NCBI GenBank assembly: GCA_963662405.2
Contig: CAXXKT010000001.1
Coordinates: 2,432,001 to 2,496,000, forward strand
DNA: 64,000 bases
Direction: 5' to 3'
From: Syntrophales bacterium
Lineage (GTDB): Bacteria > Desulfobacterota > Syntrophia > Syntrophales > UBA2210
Below, in pieces: positions 27,871 to 39,208 of the stretch. Both the position numbers and the translations under genes were made by a program. How positions within the stretch are numbered: position 1 is the first letter of the stretch; every line of letters begins with the position of its first letter. The notes beneath the pieces are model-generated. The model ran no database searches. It was not told the origin of the DNA and saw nothing but the letters and a program-made list of their open reading frames with translations.

Positions 27871-29432
27871 ATGAAGACACAGACTGTTCGCACCCTGAGA
27901 CGCCTTTCCCAGGCACTATTCCTGATCCTCTTTCTGTTCCTCTTTATCCGGACGGAATCGAAGGGCCTGGATGAACTGGGATACCCGGTCAGGATCTTCC
28001 TCGATTTCGATCCCCTCATTGCCCTCTCAACACTCCTCTCCGCCCACGCGCTTGTTACGGGATTTCTCTTTTCCGTGATCATGATCGTCCTGACCGCCCT
28101 TCTGGGGAGGGTCTTCTGCGGGTGGATCTGTCCCCTGGGGACGCTGCACGACGCGGTCGGGTCCTTCAACCGGAGGCGATCCGTGCCGATTCGCGCCAGC
28201 TGGCATACGCTGAAATACGCCATTCTCTTCTTTCTCCTCGCCTCCTCTCTTGTTACGGCCCAACTGGCCGGTATCATGGACCCGATCAGCCTTTTGATCC
28301 GCTCCCTGTCGCTCAGTGTCTATCCTCTCCTCAACTACGGTGCCCGGGCCTTTTTCGATACCCTCTACTCCCTGGATATCCCAGTGATTACCGACGGTCC
28401 CGAATGGATCTATGGTTTCCTCAAAAGGGGTGTACTTTCGTTCCAACAGCCGTATTTTCTCCAGGGGACCTTCATCGGTGTCCTGTTTGCTTCCATCGTG
28501 GGGATGAATCTCTTCGAGCGGCGGTTCTGGTGCCGGTATCTCTGTCCCCTCGGAGCGCTTCTCGGGATCTTCTCCCGCTTTGCCCCCCTGACACGGTCGG
28601 TGAGCAAGGGGTGTACCTCATGCGGCCTCTGCCGGAAGGTCTGCCCCAGCGGTGCCGTCATCGATAAAGACGGAAGGTGGAGAGGGTCCGAATGCCTGTA
28701 CTGCATGGATTGTGAGGATCTGTGCCCCGAAGGGGCGATTCGTTTCGGATGGAGAAAGGGCGGCGAGAAGGTCCCCATCGATCTTTCACGCCGGCACGTC
28801 TTTGCGTCTCTCATCGCGGGCGTTTCCATCGTTCCGCTCTTGCGCATCGTCCCCCAGCCCCGGAAGGGGTGGTTTCACCCCACCCTGATCAGACCCCGGG
28901 CGCCTTGGAGGAGGATGAATTTCTCCGGCGGTGTGTCCGGTGCGGGGAGTGCATGAAGGTCTGCATCACGAACGGTCTCCAGCCGACCCTCCTTGAGGCG
29001 GGGCTGGAGGGGATCTGGAGCCCCCGGCTCGTCCCGCAGATCGGCTACTGTGAGTTTCGCTGTACCCTCTGTGGTCAGGTATGCCCCACGGGGGCGATAA
29101 CGGAACTGACGGTTTCCGAAAAGGAGCGGGTGAAGATCGGCCTTGCGGTGATCGACCCGGAGCGGTGTCTCCCGTACGCCTACGACATCCCCTGTAGCGT
29201 GTGCGAAGAGATGTGTCCCACGCCGGAGAAGGCGATATGGCTGGAGGAGGTGAACATACAGTCTCTGGATAAAGGGGATTTCATCCTGAAAAGGCCAAAG
29301 GTGGATGTGGAGCGATGTGTCGGCTGCGGCATCTGCGAGGCCCGCTGCCCGGTCCGGTCCCGCCCCGCGATCTCTGTGATCAGTACAAATGAATCCCGGT
29401 CGGATGGCAACCGGTTCCTGGTCAATCCATGA
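27871..29432 (+). CDS. Membrane polyferredoxin (NapH/MauN-like fused to NapG/MauM-like); frameshift at C4 run 28894-28897
   Basis: GRVFCGWICPLG, RFWCRYLCPLG and several CxxCxxCxxxCP; adding one C restores IRPPGALEE. Confidence 0.85.
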
Positions 29433-29462
29433 TGATTGGGATGCCCGGCCGGAAAGGAACGG

Positions 29463-29732
29463 TCATCGATCCCCCTCGATATCCCGCAGACGGGGGTCAT
29501 TGTTCGTGAGAATGGTACAGGATTGCATGGTCTCGTCAAAGACGATCACTGCCCTGCCTGTTGCAAGCTGTCTTTTGACCTGTTCGATCTTCCGTTCGAA
29601 GGGGGCATCCGTTGTCCCGTAATCGGTCCCCTCCCGGGTGACGAACTCTTCGATTACCGCCTCCAGGATCTCAGGGGATAACCGATCATACGGCACCCGC
29701 ACACCCCCCGTATTGTCTCGCGCTTGATTCAT
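29463..29732 (-). CDS. YheU/UPF0270 family protein
   Basis: IEEFVTREGTDYG signature. Confidence 0.9.
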   Translation of the reverse strand: MNQARDNTGGVRVPYDRLSPEILEAVIEEFVTREGTDYGTTDAPFERKIEQVKRQLATGRAVIVFDETMQSCTILTNNDPRLRDIEGDR

Positions 29733-29803
29733 GAAATCCGATCGTGTGTGTCACCGGCGAATGAGCGTTTAACCCATGCGCGCCGTGATATTCCCGCTTA
29801 CGG

Positions 29804-30529
29804 CTACCCTTCGGCAGGAACCGCTTTCGGTGCGGACTCCGGGGTCGTGAACTGTTTCATCACCCACCCGAAGTCTCCGGTCGGCAGCTTGACAAACAGC
29901 CACTCGGGCGCCGTCCCGTGGATCTCCAGGGTCGTTCCCTGGGGCACCTGGAAGGTGATGGCGTTGTTCGTGCCGGGGCCCGATCGCACATTCAGCATGG
30001 GCGGTAGCACCGCGACCTCGTCGACTGCCGGTGTGGCGGACTGGTAGTCAACGGGCGGTTTTGAGGATGCCTCATAGGGGGGATCAACGACGATATATCC
30101 CCGGGGGACCCTCTTATAGTATGCATCACCGTAGTAGAAGTACTGGACGCCGTTGGACCAGAATGAGACATGTCCGGCGGGCAGCTCCACGACAACTCCC
30201 CCAAGGGGTGGTGGTGCCACGACGTACCGGTTTTCGATGTGCCGGTAGTATCTCCCCTGATGATAGTAATATTGAAGTCCCGCGATGGTCAGCAGGGTGA
30301 AGCCCAAGGGGAGGAGGGGACTGATGCGATGCTGGCGATACCGTATGACAGGACGCGGATGATGACGTACGGGGGGAGGTTTCGGGTGGTGGTGACGCAC
30401 AACGGGGCGCGGCGGATGCTTTCTCGGAGCGGCCCAGGCAAGTGTGTCAGGCATGAGGACAGTACAGGCAAAGAGGGCCGCGAGGCCGGCCGCAGAAAAG
30501 CTCCGTATATATTGACCTGTTGTTTTCAT
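29804..30529 (-). CDS. Secreted protein with Pro/His/Tyr-rich region and C-terminal SH3b domain
   Basis: Signal peptide; YYYHQGRYY/YVVAPPP repeats; LNVRSGPG...GWV. Confidence 0.8.
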   Translation of the reverse strand: MKTTGQYIRSFSAAGLAALFACTVLMPDTLAWAAPRKHPPRPVVRHHHPKPPPVRHHPRPVIRYRQHRISPLLPLGFTLLTIAGLQYYYHQGRYYRHIENRYVVAPPPLGGVVVELPAGHVSFWSNGVQYFYYGDAYYKRVPRGYIVVDPPYEASSKPPVDYQSATPAVDEVAVLPPMLNVRSGPGTNNAITFQVPQGTTLEIHGTAPEWLFVKLPTGDFGWVMKQFTTPESAPKAVPAEG

Positions 30530-30809
30530 TGTTCCATACCCCCTTTTGTCGATGATATCTGTATAGTCGTTCGCGCGCGGTGAAAAGTTACAGGGTACCC
30601 CGGCTCATCCCACGGCTATCACTTTTTTTGTAATCTATCACTGAGCAACCTATTTATCAACGGATCATTCGAGACTGCGCACAAGAAACCCCTTTCACGT
30701 GTCTCCCCATTTCCCTTTGTGAGCGATCTCATCTGATGGCGAAATAGGGATTGCGACAATGGTGAGGAAGGTGTAATATTTCAATTTAATAAGGTAAAAA
30801 GGGGGGGGT

Positions 30810-31229
30810 ATGCGACTCGCGGTACTGGAGACGGAGAAATGCGTCGGTTGCCAGAGCTGCATGTTTGCTTGCTCGCGAAGGGTGGGGGAGGCCGGACTTG
30901 CCCGCTCTTGTATCGGCGTCCGGTCGATCGGGGGGATGGAACGGGGCTTCTCCGTCATTGTCTGCAGGGCGTGTAGTGATCCCCCGTGTGCGAAGGTTTG
31001 TCCCACCGGCGCCCTGGTCCCGCGGAAAGAAGGCGGCGGGGTTCGGGTCCTTCCGGACACCTGTATCGGGTGCGGCCACTGCAGAGATGCCTGCATCATC
31101 GGAGCGGTCTACTGGAATGACGAAACCAACAAACCGATGATCTGTCTCCACTGCGGCTATTGCGTCGACTTTTGTCCCTACGGCGTCCTGGGGATGCAGA
31201 AGAGGGAGGTCGAAAATGTTGAAGAATGA
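30810..31229 (+). CDS. 4Fe-4S ferredoxin subunit of aldehyde oxidoreductase
   Basis: Four Cys-cluster motifs; overlaps the AOR start. Confidence 0.9.
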   Translation: MRLAVLETEKCVGCQSCMFACSRRVGEAGLARSCIGVRSIGGMERGFSVIVCRACSDPPCAKVCPTGALVPRKEGGGVRVLPDTCIGCGHCRDACIIGAVYWNDETNKPMICLHCGYCVDFCPYGVLGMQKREVENVEE

Positions 31230-32991
31230 CCCGCTCGGGAACATCCTCTATATCGACCTGACGCGCAGGACCTTCCGGGTCGAAAAGAGACCCGAACTCT
31301 TTGAACGATATCTGGGGGGAACCGGCGTTGCCACGCAGCTCCTTCTGGAGGAGTGTCCCGAGGGGTGCGATCCCCTGGGCCCGGACAATCCCATCATCTT
31401 TGCCGTCGGCATCCTGACGGCCCTCTTCCCGCTCGCATCGAAGACCGTTGCCATGTTCAAGTCGCCGCTCACGGGAAACCTGGGCGAGAGTCACTGCGGG
31501 GGACGGAGCGCCGTCTCGATCCGTATGGCGGGATACGGTGCCATCGTGATCACGGGGGCGAGCAGCATGCCTGTCTATCTCTCCATCCAGGCTGGCCGGG
31601 TGCATTTCCGCGATGCCTCCACACTCTGGGGGATGGGGAACTTCTCTTCAGGCCGGATCATCCGCGAGAGGGAAACGGGGTCGGGTGAGAGGACGATCAT
31701 GCGCATCGGCAAGGGTGGAGAGAAAATGATTACTTACTCTTGCGTGATGACTGAGACCTTTCGCCATTTCGGGCGGTTGGGGCTGGGGGCCGTCTTCGGA
31801 AGCAAGAAACTGAAGGCGATCGTTGTTGCCGGGAAATCGTCCCTTCCGACCTCCGATAAAAAAATATACCGGAAGCTCTACGACGAGGTCTACAAGGCCG
31901 CCGTCGAATCGCCCGTGATGAAGAAATACCACGACTTGGGGACGGCTGAGAACATTGTTCCCCTCAGTAAATTTGGGGGACTCCCCACGCGCAATCTGAC
32001 GGCGGCGAGTTTCGAACATGCCTCAAAAATGTCGGGGGAGACCTTCGCCAAGCAATATCTGGGGAGGAGGCTCGCTTGCTCCCACTGTCCGGTCGGCTGC
32101 ATCCATATCGCCGCCCTCCGAGAACCCTATGAAGACGTCTCTTATTTTTATAAGACCTCCATGATATCATACGACTATGAACCAATCTATGCCCTCGGTA
32201 CCATGCTGGGGATCACTCGACCCGCCGATTTTCTGAGGCTGATGGATCGGGTGGAAGAGGCCTGGGGGATCGACGCGATGAGCCTCGGCGTGATCCTGGC
32301 CTGGGCCACTGAGGCCTTCGAGCGGGGGCTTATCACCAAGGAAGAGACCCGAGGGGTCAGGTTGAAATGGGGTGATGCCAAGGAATACATCAAGGCAGGC
32401 GGTTATATCATCGACCAACCGAACGATTTCTATAAGGCCCTCGCCCGTGGTGTCGAGTACGCCGCGTCCGTCTATGGGGGAACGGATTTTTCCCTCGCCT
32501 TCGGCGGCAACGAGATGCCCGGTTACCATACGGGTCCCGGTGCCCACCTGGGGGTCCTGATCGGTGCCCGCCACAGTCATCTGGACAACGCCGGGTACAG
32601 TCTCGATCAGAAAATCCTTATCAGCCGGCGGCTGAAGCCGGAAGAGATGATCGATACACTCCTCGCGGAGGAACGGTGGCGCCAGATTCTTTCCAGCTTG
32701 GTTATCTGTTTCTTTGCCCGGGGGATCTATACCCCCGAATTGGTCACTCGTCTCCTTGCTGTCGCGGGGATCGAACTCACGGTCGACGACCTGCAGCGAA
32801 TCGGCCGGGAGATCCACACCGAGAAATACCGATTCAAGGTGCGGGAGGGGTTCTCCTTTGATACGCTCCGGCTGCCGAAGCGGATATTCGAGACAGCTTC
32901 CCCCGTCAGTGGCCTGGAAAGGGAGTATTTTGTGAAGGCCCTCGTTTACGCGAACAAGACCATCCAAAAAGAGCTGGATGCAACGGAGTAA
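31216..32991 (+). CDS. Aldehyde:ferredoxin oxidoreductase family (W/Mo-pterin)
   Basis: FKSPLTG, GRLGLGAVFGSKKLKA, CSHCPVGC and GIDAMS motifs. Confidence 0.92.
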   Translation: MLKNDPLGNILYIDLTRRTFRVEKRPELFERYLGGTGVATQLLLEECPEGCDPLGPDNPIIFAVGILTALFPLASKTVAMFKSPLTGNLGESHCGGRSAVSIRMAGYGAIVITGASSMPVYLSIQAGRVHFRDASTLWGMGNFSSGRIIRERETGSGERTIMRIGKGGEKMITYSCVMTETFRHFGRLGLGAVFGSKKLKAIVVAGKSSLPTSDKKIYRKLYDEVYKAAVESPVMKKYHDLGTAENIVPLSKFGGLPTRNLTAASFEHASKMSGETFAKQYLGRRLACSHCPVGCIHIAALREPYEDVSYFYKTSMISYDYEPIYALGTMLGITRPADFLRLMDRVEEAWGIDAMSLGVILAWATEAFERGLITKEETRGVRLKWGDAKEYIKAGGYIIDQPNDFYKALARGVEYAASVYGGTDFSLAFGGNEMPGYHTGPGAHLGVLIGARHSHLDNAGYSLDQKILISRRLKPEEMIDTLLAEERWRQILSSLVICFFARGIYTPELVTRLLAVAGIELTVDDLQRIGREIHTEKYRFKVREGFSFDTLRLPKRIFETASPVSGLEREYFVKALVYANKTIQKELDATE

Positions 32992-33125
32992 CCGAGCCCG
33001 CAGTCGTTGCCTCACCATGAATATCCTTGACTTTTATCACTCATGCACATACGGTGCTTCCTTGACGATGCGAGAGGCAGCCGGGGCACCAGCCGCCGGA
33101 AGGTCTCGCGCGGGGAGATTCCTTC

Positions 33126-33848
33126 ATGGTTATAAGCAAGAAAATGAAATTCGCCATCATCACGTCGAACCCCTTTATCTCGATCATGTACCGGTTTGTC
33201 CGTCTCTACTCGGCCACCTGCCGCCTGACCGTCGAAGGCGAGCGGCAGTGGATGGATCATATCAGGGAAGGGGGGAGGGTGCTCCTCTGCGGCTGGCACC
33301 AGCAGTTTTTCCCCGTCCTCCGGTATTTCAAGGAATATGAACCGTATGGGGCGAGTGTCATGATCAGCAGGAGTTCCGACGGGGAATTTATCTCCGGAAT
33401 CGCGCGCCTGATGGGTCTGCGCCCGGTCCGGGGATCGTCGTCGCGGGGCGGCCGCGAGGCGCTGACCGGTATGATCGAGGCACTGCAAAAGAGCGGTCTC
33501 GCCATCCACATCCTCGACGGCCCCACCGGCCCCATGGGGGTCGTCAAGGCCGGGGCGATCCGTCTGGCCTCCGCGGCCGATGCGGTTATCGTCCCGTTCT
33601 ACACGAGCGCGGACCGAGCCTGGTACTTCAACAGCTGGGACCGCTTCATGGTCCCCAAACCCTTCGCCCGGGTGGCCATCCGGTACGGTGACCCGATCCC
33701 CTGTCCTCCCGCGGCGGATAATGATACGTTCGAAGCGCAGCGCGCCTCTCTCGAGGAGACCATGCTTCCCGGGCTTCGCCGTCCGAAGGACTATCCTCCT
33801 CCTGATCGAAGTGGTTCCCCGGAGGGTGACCGCCAGAGGGGTGTATGA
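33126..33848 (+). CDS. DUF374 lysophospholipid acyltransferase-family protein
   Basis: WHQ, ISRSSDGE, RGSSSRGG, DGPTGP and SWDRFMVPKPF motifs. Confidence 0.88.
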   Translation: MVISKKMKFAIITSNPFISIMYRFVRLYSATCRLTVEGERQWMDHIREGGRVLLCGWHQQFFPVLRYFKEYEPYGASVMISRSSDGEFISGIARLMGLRPVRGSSSRGGREALTGMIEALQKSGLAIHILDGPTGPMGVVKAGAIRLASAADAVIVPFYTSADRAWYFNSWDRFMVPKPFARVAIRYGDPIPCPPAADNDTFEAQRASLEETMLPGLRRPKDYPPPDRSGSPEGDRQRGV

Positions 33849-33885
33849 TTGAGATGATATCCGGTAAGTGTGGAGATCGGAGGAT

Positions 33886-34455
33886 ATGAACAGTTTTGAA
33901 GAGATTGTGAGGAACCGCCGGTCTGTCAGGGAGTTCGAGGAGCGTGAAGTCCCGGTGATGCTGGTACAGGAGATCATCAGGGAAAGCACGTTCGCGCCCA
34001 GTGCCAGCCATGGACAGCCCTGGCATTTCATCATTATCAATAACCGGGATATCATGAAACGGATCTCGGACGAGTGCAAACGCGGTCTTCTCAGGCAGAT
34101 CGAACTCAACCCGGAGCTTTCGCTCGGCGGATACAAGACAGCACTCGAGGATGCCGCCTTCAATATATTCTACAATGCCCCGTGCCTGATCTACATCGTC
34201 GGCCGCGCCGATGTGGGGTCGCTTGATGTCGACTGTGCCCTCGCGGCCTCGTACCTGATGTTCAACGCCGCCCGCCGGGGTCTGGGTACCTGCTGGATCG
34301 GCCTGGGAACGATTCTCCAGGACCCTGGGCTCCGGGAAGAGATTGGCCTGCCCGCCGGCTACCGAATCGTTGCGCCCATGATCGTGGGGTACCCCGTTTC
34401 GATTCCGGAGCCTCTCCCGCGGGAGGAACCAAAGATACTCAAAATCATTTCATGA
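33886..34455 (+). CDS. Nitroreductase family protein
   Basis: RRSVREF, APSASHGQPW and GLGTCWIG motifs. Confidence 0.92.
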   Translation: MNSFEEIVRNRRSVREFEEREVPVMLVQEIIRESTFAPSASHGQPWHFIIINNRDIMKRISDECKRGLLRQIELNPELSLGGYKTALEDAAFNIFYNAPCLIYIVGRADVGSLDVDCALAASYLMFNAARRGLGTCWIGLGTILQDPGLREEIGLPAGYRIVAPMIVGYPVSIPEPLPREEPKILKIIS

Positions 34456-35382
34456 TCATGGCTCGACGAGGATCTTGATCTCCTCGTCCTTGTGATTCGC
34501 CAGACGCTCGAATCCCCCCTCCACGATCCCGTCGAGGGAAACGGTGCTCGTCACGATCGCCTCCGGTTTGATCCCCTTGGTCACCATCCATTGCAGGGAG
34601 CGGAAGGGATTGGCGGAGTTGGAGCCGACCATCGTAATCTCCCGCGTCACGAACCCGAGCATGTGGATCAGGGCGCGTTCCGTAAAGATCCCCTGGACAA
34701 TGACCGTCCCCCCGTAGCGGGTGGAGGCGAGACAGTCCTTCAGTGTTGCCTCGATCCCGACGGCCTCGACCGTCACATCGATACCCCGCCCGCCGGTCAG
34801 CTCGCGGATCGTGGGCGGGATCTTCACTGCCGCCGGATCGAAGGTCGCCGTCGCCCCCAGTTCTTTCGCCATCTTTCTGCGTTTCTCGGACAGGTCGGTC
34901 ATGTAGATCGTTTCCGCGCCGAGGACCCTGACCGCCAGGAGGATCAGGAGACCGACCGGCCCCGCTCCCGCGATGAATACCGTGTCCGTGGGCTTGACGT
35001 TTCCCTTCTCCAGGGCGTAGATGGCTCCCGCCAGCGGTTCAAGCACCGCCGCGCGATCCCAGGGGAGATCATCGGGAAGCTTGAGGGTCTTCTCCTGCGG
35101 GGCGACGAGATACTCGGCGTATCCGTCCCGGATAAAGGTTGCCACGTGATCACCCACCGCGAAGCCCGTCACATCCGCGCCGACCGCGACCACCTCACCG
35201 CAGACCTCGTGCCCGAAGGGACTCTCGGGAAAGGGACCGTGCAGGTATTCGTGCAGGTCCGATCCGCAGATCCCGCAGTACTTGATCCTGACCTTGATCT
35301 CATTGCTCTTCGCCTCCGGCTCGGCGACCTCTTCGACCCGGACATCACGCACACCGTGGTACACCGCTTTTTTCATGTGCAT
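34456..35382 (-). CDS. Zinc-dependent medium-chain alcohol dehydrogenase
   Basis: CGICGSDLH, GHE and GAGPVG; lacks the four-Cys structural-zinc lobe. Confidence 0.88.
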   Translation of the reverse strand: MHMKKAVYHGVRDVRVEEVAEPEAKSNEIKVRIKYCGICGSDLHEYLHGPFPESPFGHEVCGEVVAVGADVTGFAVGDHVATFIRDGYAEYLVAPQEKTLKLPDDLPWDRAAVLEPLAGAIYALEKGNVKPTDTVFIAGAGPVGLLILLAVRVLGAETIYMTDLSEKRRKMAKELGATATFDPAAVKIPPTIRELTGGRGIDVTVEAVGIEATLKDCLASTRYGGTVIVQGIFTERALIHMLGFVTREITMVGSNSANPFRSLQWMVTKGIKPEAIVTSTVSLDGIVEGGFERLANHKDEEIKILVEP

Positions 35383-35559
35383 TCCTTTCTCTCACAGAAT
35401 CGACGAGTACTCTAACGGTTTTGCCCGCTCTCCGTCAAGCATGTTTCCGCCCGTATTGTATTGACATCCGAGCACTCTTTTGCGTATGCTCCCCCCCTCA
35501 AGCCGGCGATACGGGTCAGACGGAGTCTTGCCGTGAAAGGCGCAATGAGGGGGGAATAT

Positions 35560-36623
35560 ATGAAGGACGTGTATGAGCGATTGGCCGAGTTTCTCGATAC
35601 CCTTTCGCATCGGTACCCGGTGCATACCGGATCGGGGATCGAACTGAAGATCCTGAGGCACATCTTCACCCCGGAGGAGGCGGAGTGGCTCATGCAACTC
35701 AAACCGGTACCGGAACCGGCGGAGGAAATCGCCCGTCGGATCGGAAGAGACCCGGAGGAAACCGAAAAGACACTCTACGACATGTCGAGGAAAGGGCTGC
35801 TTTTCCGCACGGGAAAGCCCGGAAACTACCGGTACATGGCAATGGACTTCCTGGTGGGAATCATCGAATTTCAGATGAACCGCATGACCCCGCCCTGGTG
35901 AAGGACATGGAGGAGTTCACTCCTGTCTTGTACGAGGCCACCTGGATGAAGGGGGAAACGCGGGACCTTCGCACCATCCCCGTGAGCGAGAGCGTATCGC
36001 CCGATTCCGAGGTTATGCCCTACGAAAGCGCCGAAGAGGTGATCAAATCGGTCCGGCACATCGCCGTTTCCGATTGCGTCTGCCGGCGGATGACCACTCT
36101 TCTCGACAAGGCCTGCGACCGTCCCGTGGAGACCTGCTTCCATTTCGGGAGCTCAACCCACTATTTTGTTGAAAACGGGCTCGGTCGCTACATCACGCAG
36201 GAAGAAGCCCTTGCGATCCTGAAAAAAGGGGTGGAGGCGGGGCTGGTCTGCCAGCTGGGTTCCTCACAGACCCCCAATGCCCTCTGCATGTGCTGCGGGT
36301 GTTGCTGCGCGGTACTGATGGAGCTGAAAAAACATTACACAAAATCGTCGGACCTGGTCAACAGCAACTTCTTTGCCCGCGTGGACCCAGACGAATGCAC
36401 GGGTTGCGAGATCTGCATCGATCGATGCCAGATGAACGCCATCACCGTCGATGACGTCGCCGAGGTGGACCTGGACCGCTGTATCGGGTGCGGGCTCTGT
36501 GCCGTCGCCTGCCCCACCGAGGCCATCAGGATGTACCGGAAAGACAAAGAGAAGCAATTTATTCCGGAACGCACGGTAATGGAATCCAACATGGCGATCT
36601 ACCGGCAGCGGCGGGAGCAGTAA
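35560..36623 (+). CDS. HTH plus 4Fe-4S dicluster protein; frameshift at C4 run 35888-35891
   Basis: FTPEEA N-terminus, CVCR, CMCCGCCC and two CxxCxxCxxxC motifs; one extra C restores MTPALVKD. Confidence 0.85.
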
Positions 36624-36831
36624 TCGAACATTCCGAGGAAAATCTTCGTTTCAATCAAAAAAACGGCATACTGGTGGTGTGAAATCAATCACTCCGAAGG
36701 TGTAAGGGGTATCATTGCGTATTTTCTTACCATTGAGTACGAATATACCAACGAGTGCGTTAACCGGTCATATCGTGTAAATCCGGTCTGTTCCGGTCAA
36801 GGGCGCACGGCCACCACCAGTTCTCTCAAAA

Positions 36832-36913
36832 CCGATACAGACACACCGCCCGTGAAAGCGGGACGTAAAACCATGGGTCATCAATAGGGGGCCGATGGTT
36901 GCCGGGGTGCCGA
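36832..36913 (+). promoter_or_regulatory. Cyclic dinucleotide (c-di-GMP-I / GEMM-I) riboswitch-like element
   Basis: CGATAC-AG-AC-ACA-CCGCCC-GTGA-AAGCGG-GAC-GT-AAAA-CC-AT-GG-GTCATC...GATGGT-TG-CC-GG-GGTGCCG follows GEMM-I architecture, with some mismatches. Confidence 0.7.
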
Positions 36914-37166
36914 CGACTCTCCTTTTCCATCTCAATGTTTCTCCCAACGCATTTTTTCACAGGGGAGAGTCTCATCCGAAACATGACAAGGGGGATGGAT
37001 GCAAGAGGTTCTCTCTCCACACCCGGCGTGTCCCGTGCACCGGGCAACATACTGAAAAAAGTGTATTACTGAAAAGATTCAAGAAACACGAAAAATATTC
37101 GGTATAAGCAGGTGGATACCTGTTACTGCGATGTCAGTCACGGTTGAATGAGAGATAAGGGGCGTT

Positions 37167-37700
37167 ATGGAAAAGATCTGCATTGTGCGAAGGAGAAAAG
37201 ATATTCGAAGTGTCGGAGTCGATATGGATTCCGTGCCGGGGAACCAGCGCCTGGGGGTGGTCCTTCCGCGGGAGGCGCGGGATGATATGGGCACGCGCGA
37301 AGAGAACCCGTTTCCCGTTGAGGCAGTCGTCGGCAGGAAAAAGGATGCAATTTCCTTTCAATTGACGCCCGAACAAAGTGACATGATTCGATCCGGGGAT
37401 TTCGTTCCCTATCTTTCGAACGGGATATCAAAAGGCGCCGCTCTCAGCGTCCGGGAGCAGGCGGACGGTCAGATCAACCTCAGTTTTTACTTTGACCGGG
37501 TGAACACGCTCAGACTGCTCAAAGCGAGCCAGGTATGCGAGATGCTGCAGATCAGCAGAAGTTACCTGGGAAAGCTCATCAGGACAAAGAAGCTGAAGAG
37601 CTACAAGATCGGGGGACTGCGGCGTTTTGCATTGGAAGATATCATCGATTTTCTTGCAGGAACCGATCGCGAATCGAGTCGGCAGGATGATGTCTTGTAA
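37167..37700 (+). CDS. Protein with C-terminal excisionase-like (HTH_17) DNA-binding domain
   Basis: LLKASQVCEMLQISRSYLGKLIRTKKLKSYKIGGLRRF. Confidence 0.85.
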   Translation: MEKICIVRRRKDIRSVGVDMDSVPGNQRLGVVLPREARDDMGTREENPFPVEAVVGRKKDAISFQLTPEQSDMIRSGDFVPYLSNGISKGAALSVREQADGQINLSFYFDRVNTLRLLKASQVCEMLQISRSYLGKLIRTKKLKSYKIGGLRRFALEDIIDFLAGTDRESSRQDDVL

Positions 37701-37737
37701 CCACGTATAACAGGAAAACAAGCGGGGAGATGAGATT

Positions 37738-39159
37738 ATGTATTACCAATACTGGGACCTGACCAAACCGCCCTTCGACAACGTTCCCGACCCGTCCATG
37801 TATGTGGATACTCACCTCACGTTGGAAAATGCCGTTGCGGAAACCCTCTTTGCCATTGAGGAAGGAGGAGAAAGTATTGCGGTGATCGTCGGGGACGTGG
37901 GACTGGGCAAAACCCTGTCGCTGCGTTTGATCATCGATTCGCTCGATCAGGACAGATACCGGATTGTCCTCATTACCAATCCGAGTATTACCTTTATCCA
38001 GCTGATGAAGGAGATTATCGGTCAACTGACGGGGGCGCCGTGCGACAAGACGCGAAAGGTGGATCTCCTGGAGACCTTCAACCGGCTCCTGTTCGAGACT
38101 ATCGACGAAGGGAAGAAAGTCCTCGTTTTTATCGACGAGGCGAACGCCATCCCACCGGCGAATCTCGAATACCTCAGACTGCTGACCAATATGCAGGACG
38201 ACCAGAGAAATCTGTTCACGATGATCCTCGCCGGTCAGAAAGAACTGGCCCGACGCCTGGAAGATCCGCGGCGTGCCAATCTCTTCCAGCGCATCGGCAC
38301 CTACAACAAGATCGAAAAGATACCGTCCGCAGAGGCCCTGAAAGACTATGTGGAGACCCGGCTGCGACTCGCAGGGTGCACACGGGCCGTCTTTGCCGAT
38401 GATGTCTACGGTCCCTTGTGGAACCGTTCCGAGGAAGGGGTCCCCCGTCTTGTCAATAAAATATGCAAGTTATCTTTAAAGGCCGGAGAGACAAACGGTC
38501 TGGATCTGATAACCGGCGCGATCGTTGATCAGATCGGTCAGCGCTTCCAGCGGTTGAGCGGATCTGCCGCGCGAAAGCGAAAACAGGCACCGGTACTCGA
38601 TACGACGGTTACCCCGGAAACGATCAGGGACACGGAACAGATTCTGGCGGACCATGAGCGGCAAGTCCCCGAGCCGGTTGTGGAAAAACCGGAACCTGTA
38701 CCTCCGGTGGAGAAACAGATCCCGCTGACGGAACAGGCAGAGACGTTTATCGAAGCACCGGAACCGGTGACGGTGATGTCCCCTGAACCTGTCGAAGAAA
38801 CCCCGACCATTCACACCACGGAATTACCGGAGAGAGGTCAGCCGCGTCTCGTCTACGAGCAGACCGAACCGGATACGCCGCCGCAGAAGAGCGCGCCGGC
38901 CGATGAAGATAAATCCGTAGAGGTCGAGATCGGGGGTATGAAGGCGACGGTGGTTCTGCCGTTCCAGGTCATCCGGCAGGCTCAATGCTCGACCGAGGAA
39001 CACTGCGTCAAGCTGGCGGGAGTACTCGCGGCCCAGTTTCTTAAAGAACATCCGACTTTTACCTCTTCATTCCTCTCCGATCCTGTCGATGTATGGAGCA
39101 GGATCAGGGAATCCGTTCTGCAGACATTTGCGGAGGAAAAGCGGATAGGGGTAATGTAG
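37738..39159 (+). CDS. ExeA/GspA-family AAA+ ATPase with Pro/Glu-rich linker
   Basis: YWDLTKPPFDNVPDP, GDVGLGKT, IDEA, LAGQKEL, GVPRLVNKIC. Confidence 0.9.
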   Translation: MYYQYWDLTKPPFDNVPDPSMYVDTHLTLENAVAETLFAIEEGGESIAVIVGDVGLGKTLSLRLIIDSLDQDRYRIVLITNPSITFIQLMKEIIGQLTGAPCDKTRKVDLLETFNRLLFETIDEGKKVLVFIDEANAIPPANLEYLRLLTNMQDDQRNLFTMILAGQKELARRLEDPRRANLFQRIGTYNKIEKIPSAEALKDYVETRLRLAGCTRAVFADDVYGPLWNRSEEGVPRLVNKICKLSLKAGETNGLDLITGAIVDQIGQRFQRLSGSAARKRKQAPVLDTTVTPETIRDTEQILADHERQVPEPVVEKPEPVPPVEKQIPLTEQAETFIEAPEPVTVMSPEPVEETPTIHTTELPERGQPRLVYEQTEPDTPPQKSAPADEDKSVEVEIGGMKATVVLPFQVIRQAQCSTEEHCVKLAGVLAAQFLKEHPTFTSSFLSDPVDVWSRIRESVLQTFAEEKRIGVM

Positions 39160-39208
39160 GGCGCGCCCGCGTCCCGAAAATCGCTTCAATCATAGTACAA
39201 CATTGCTT

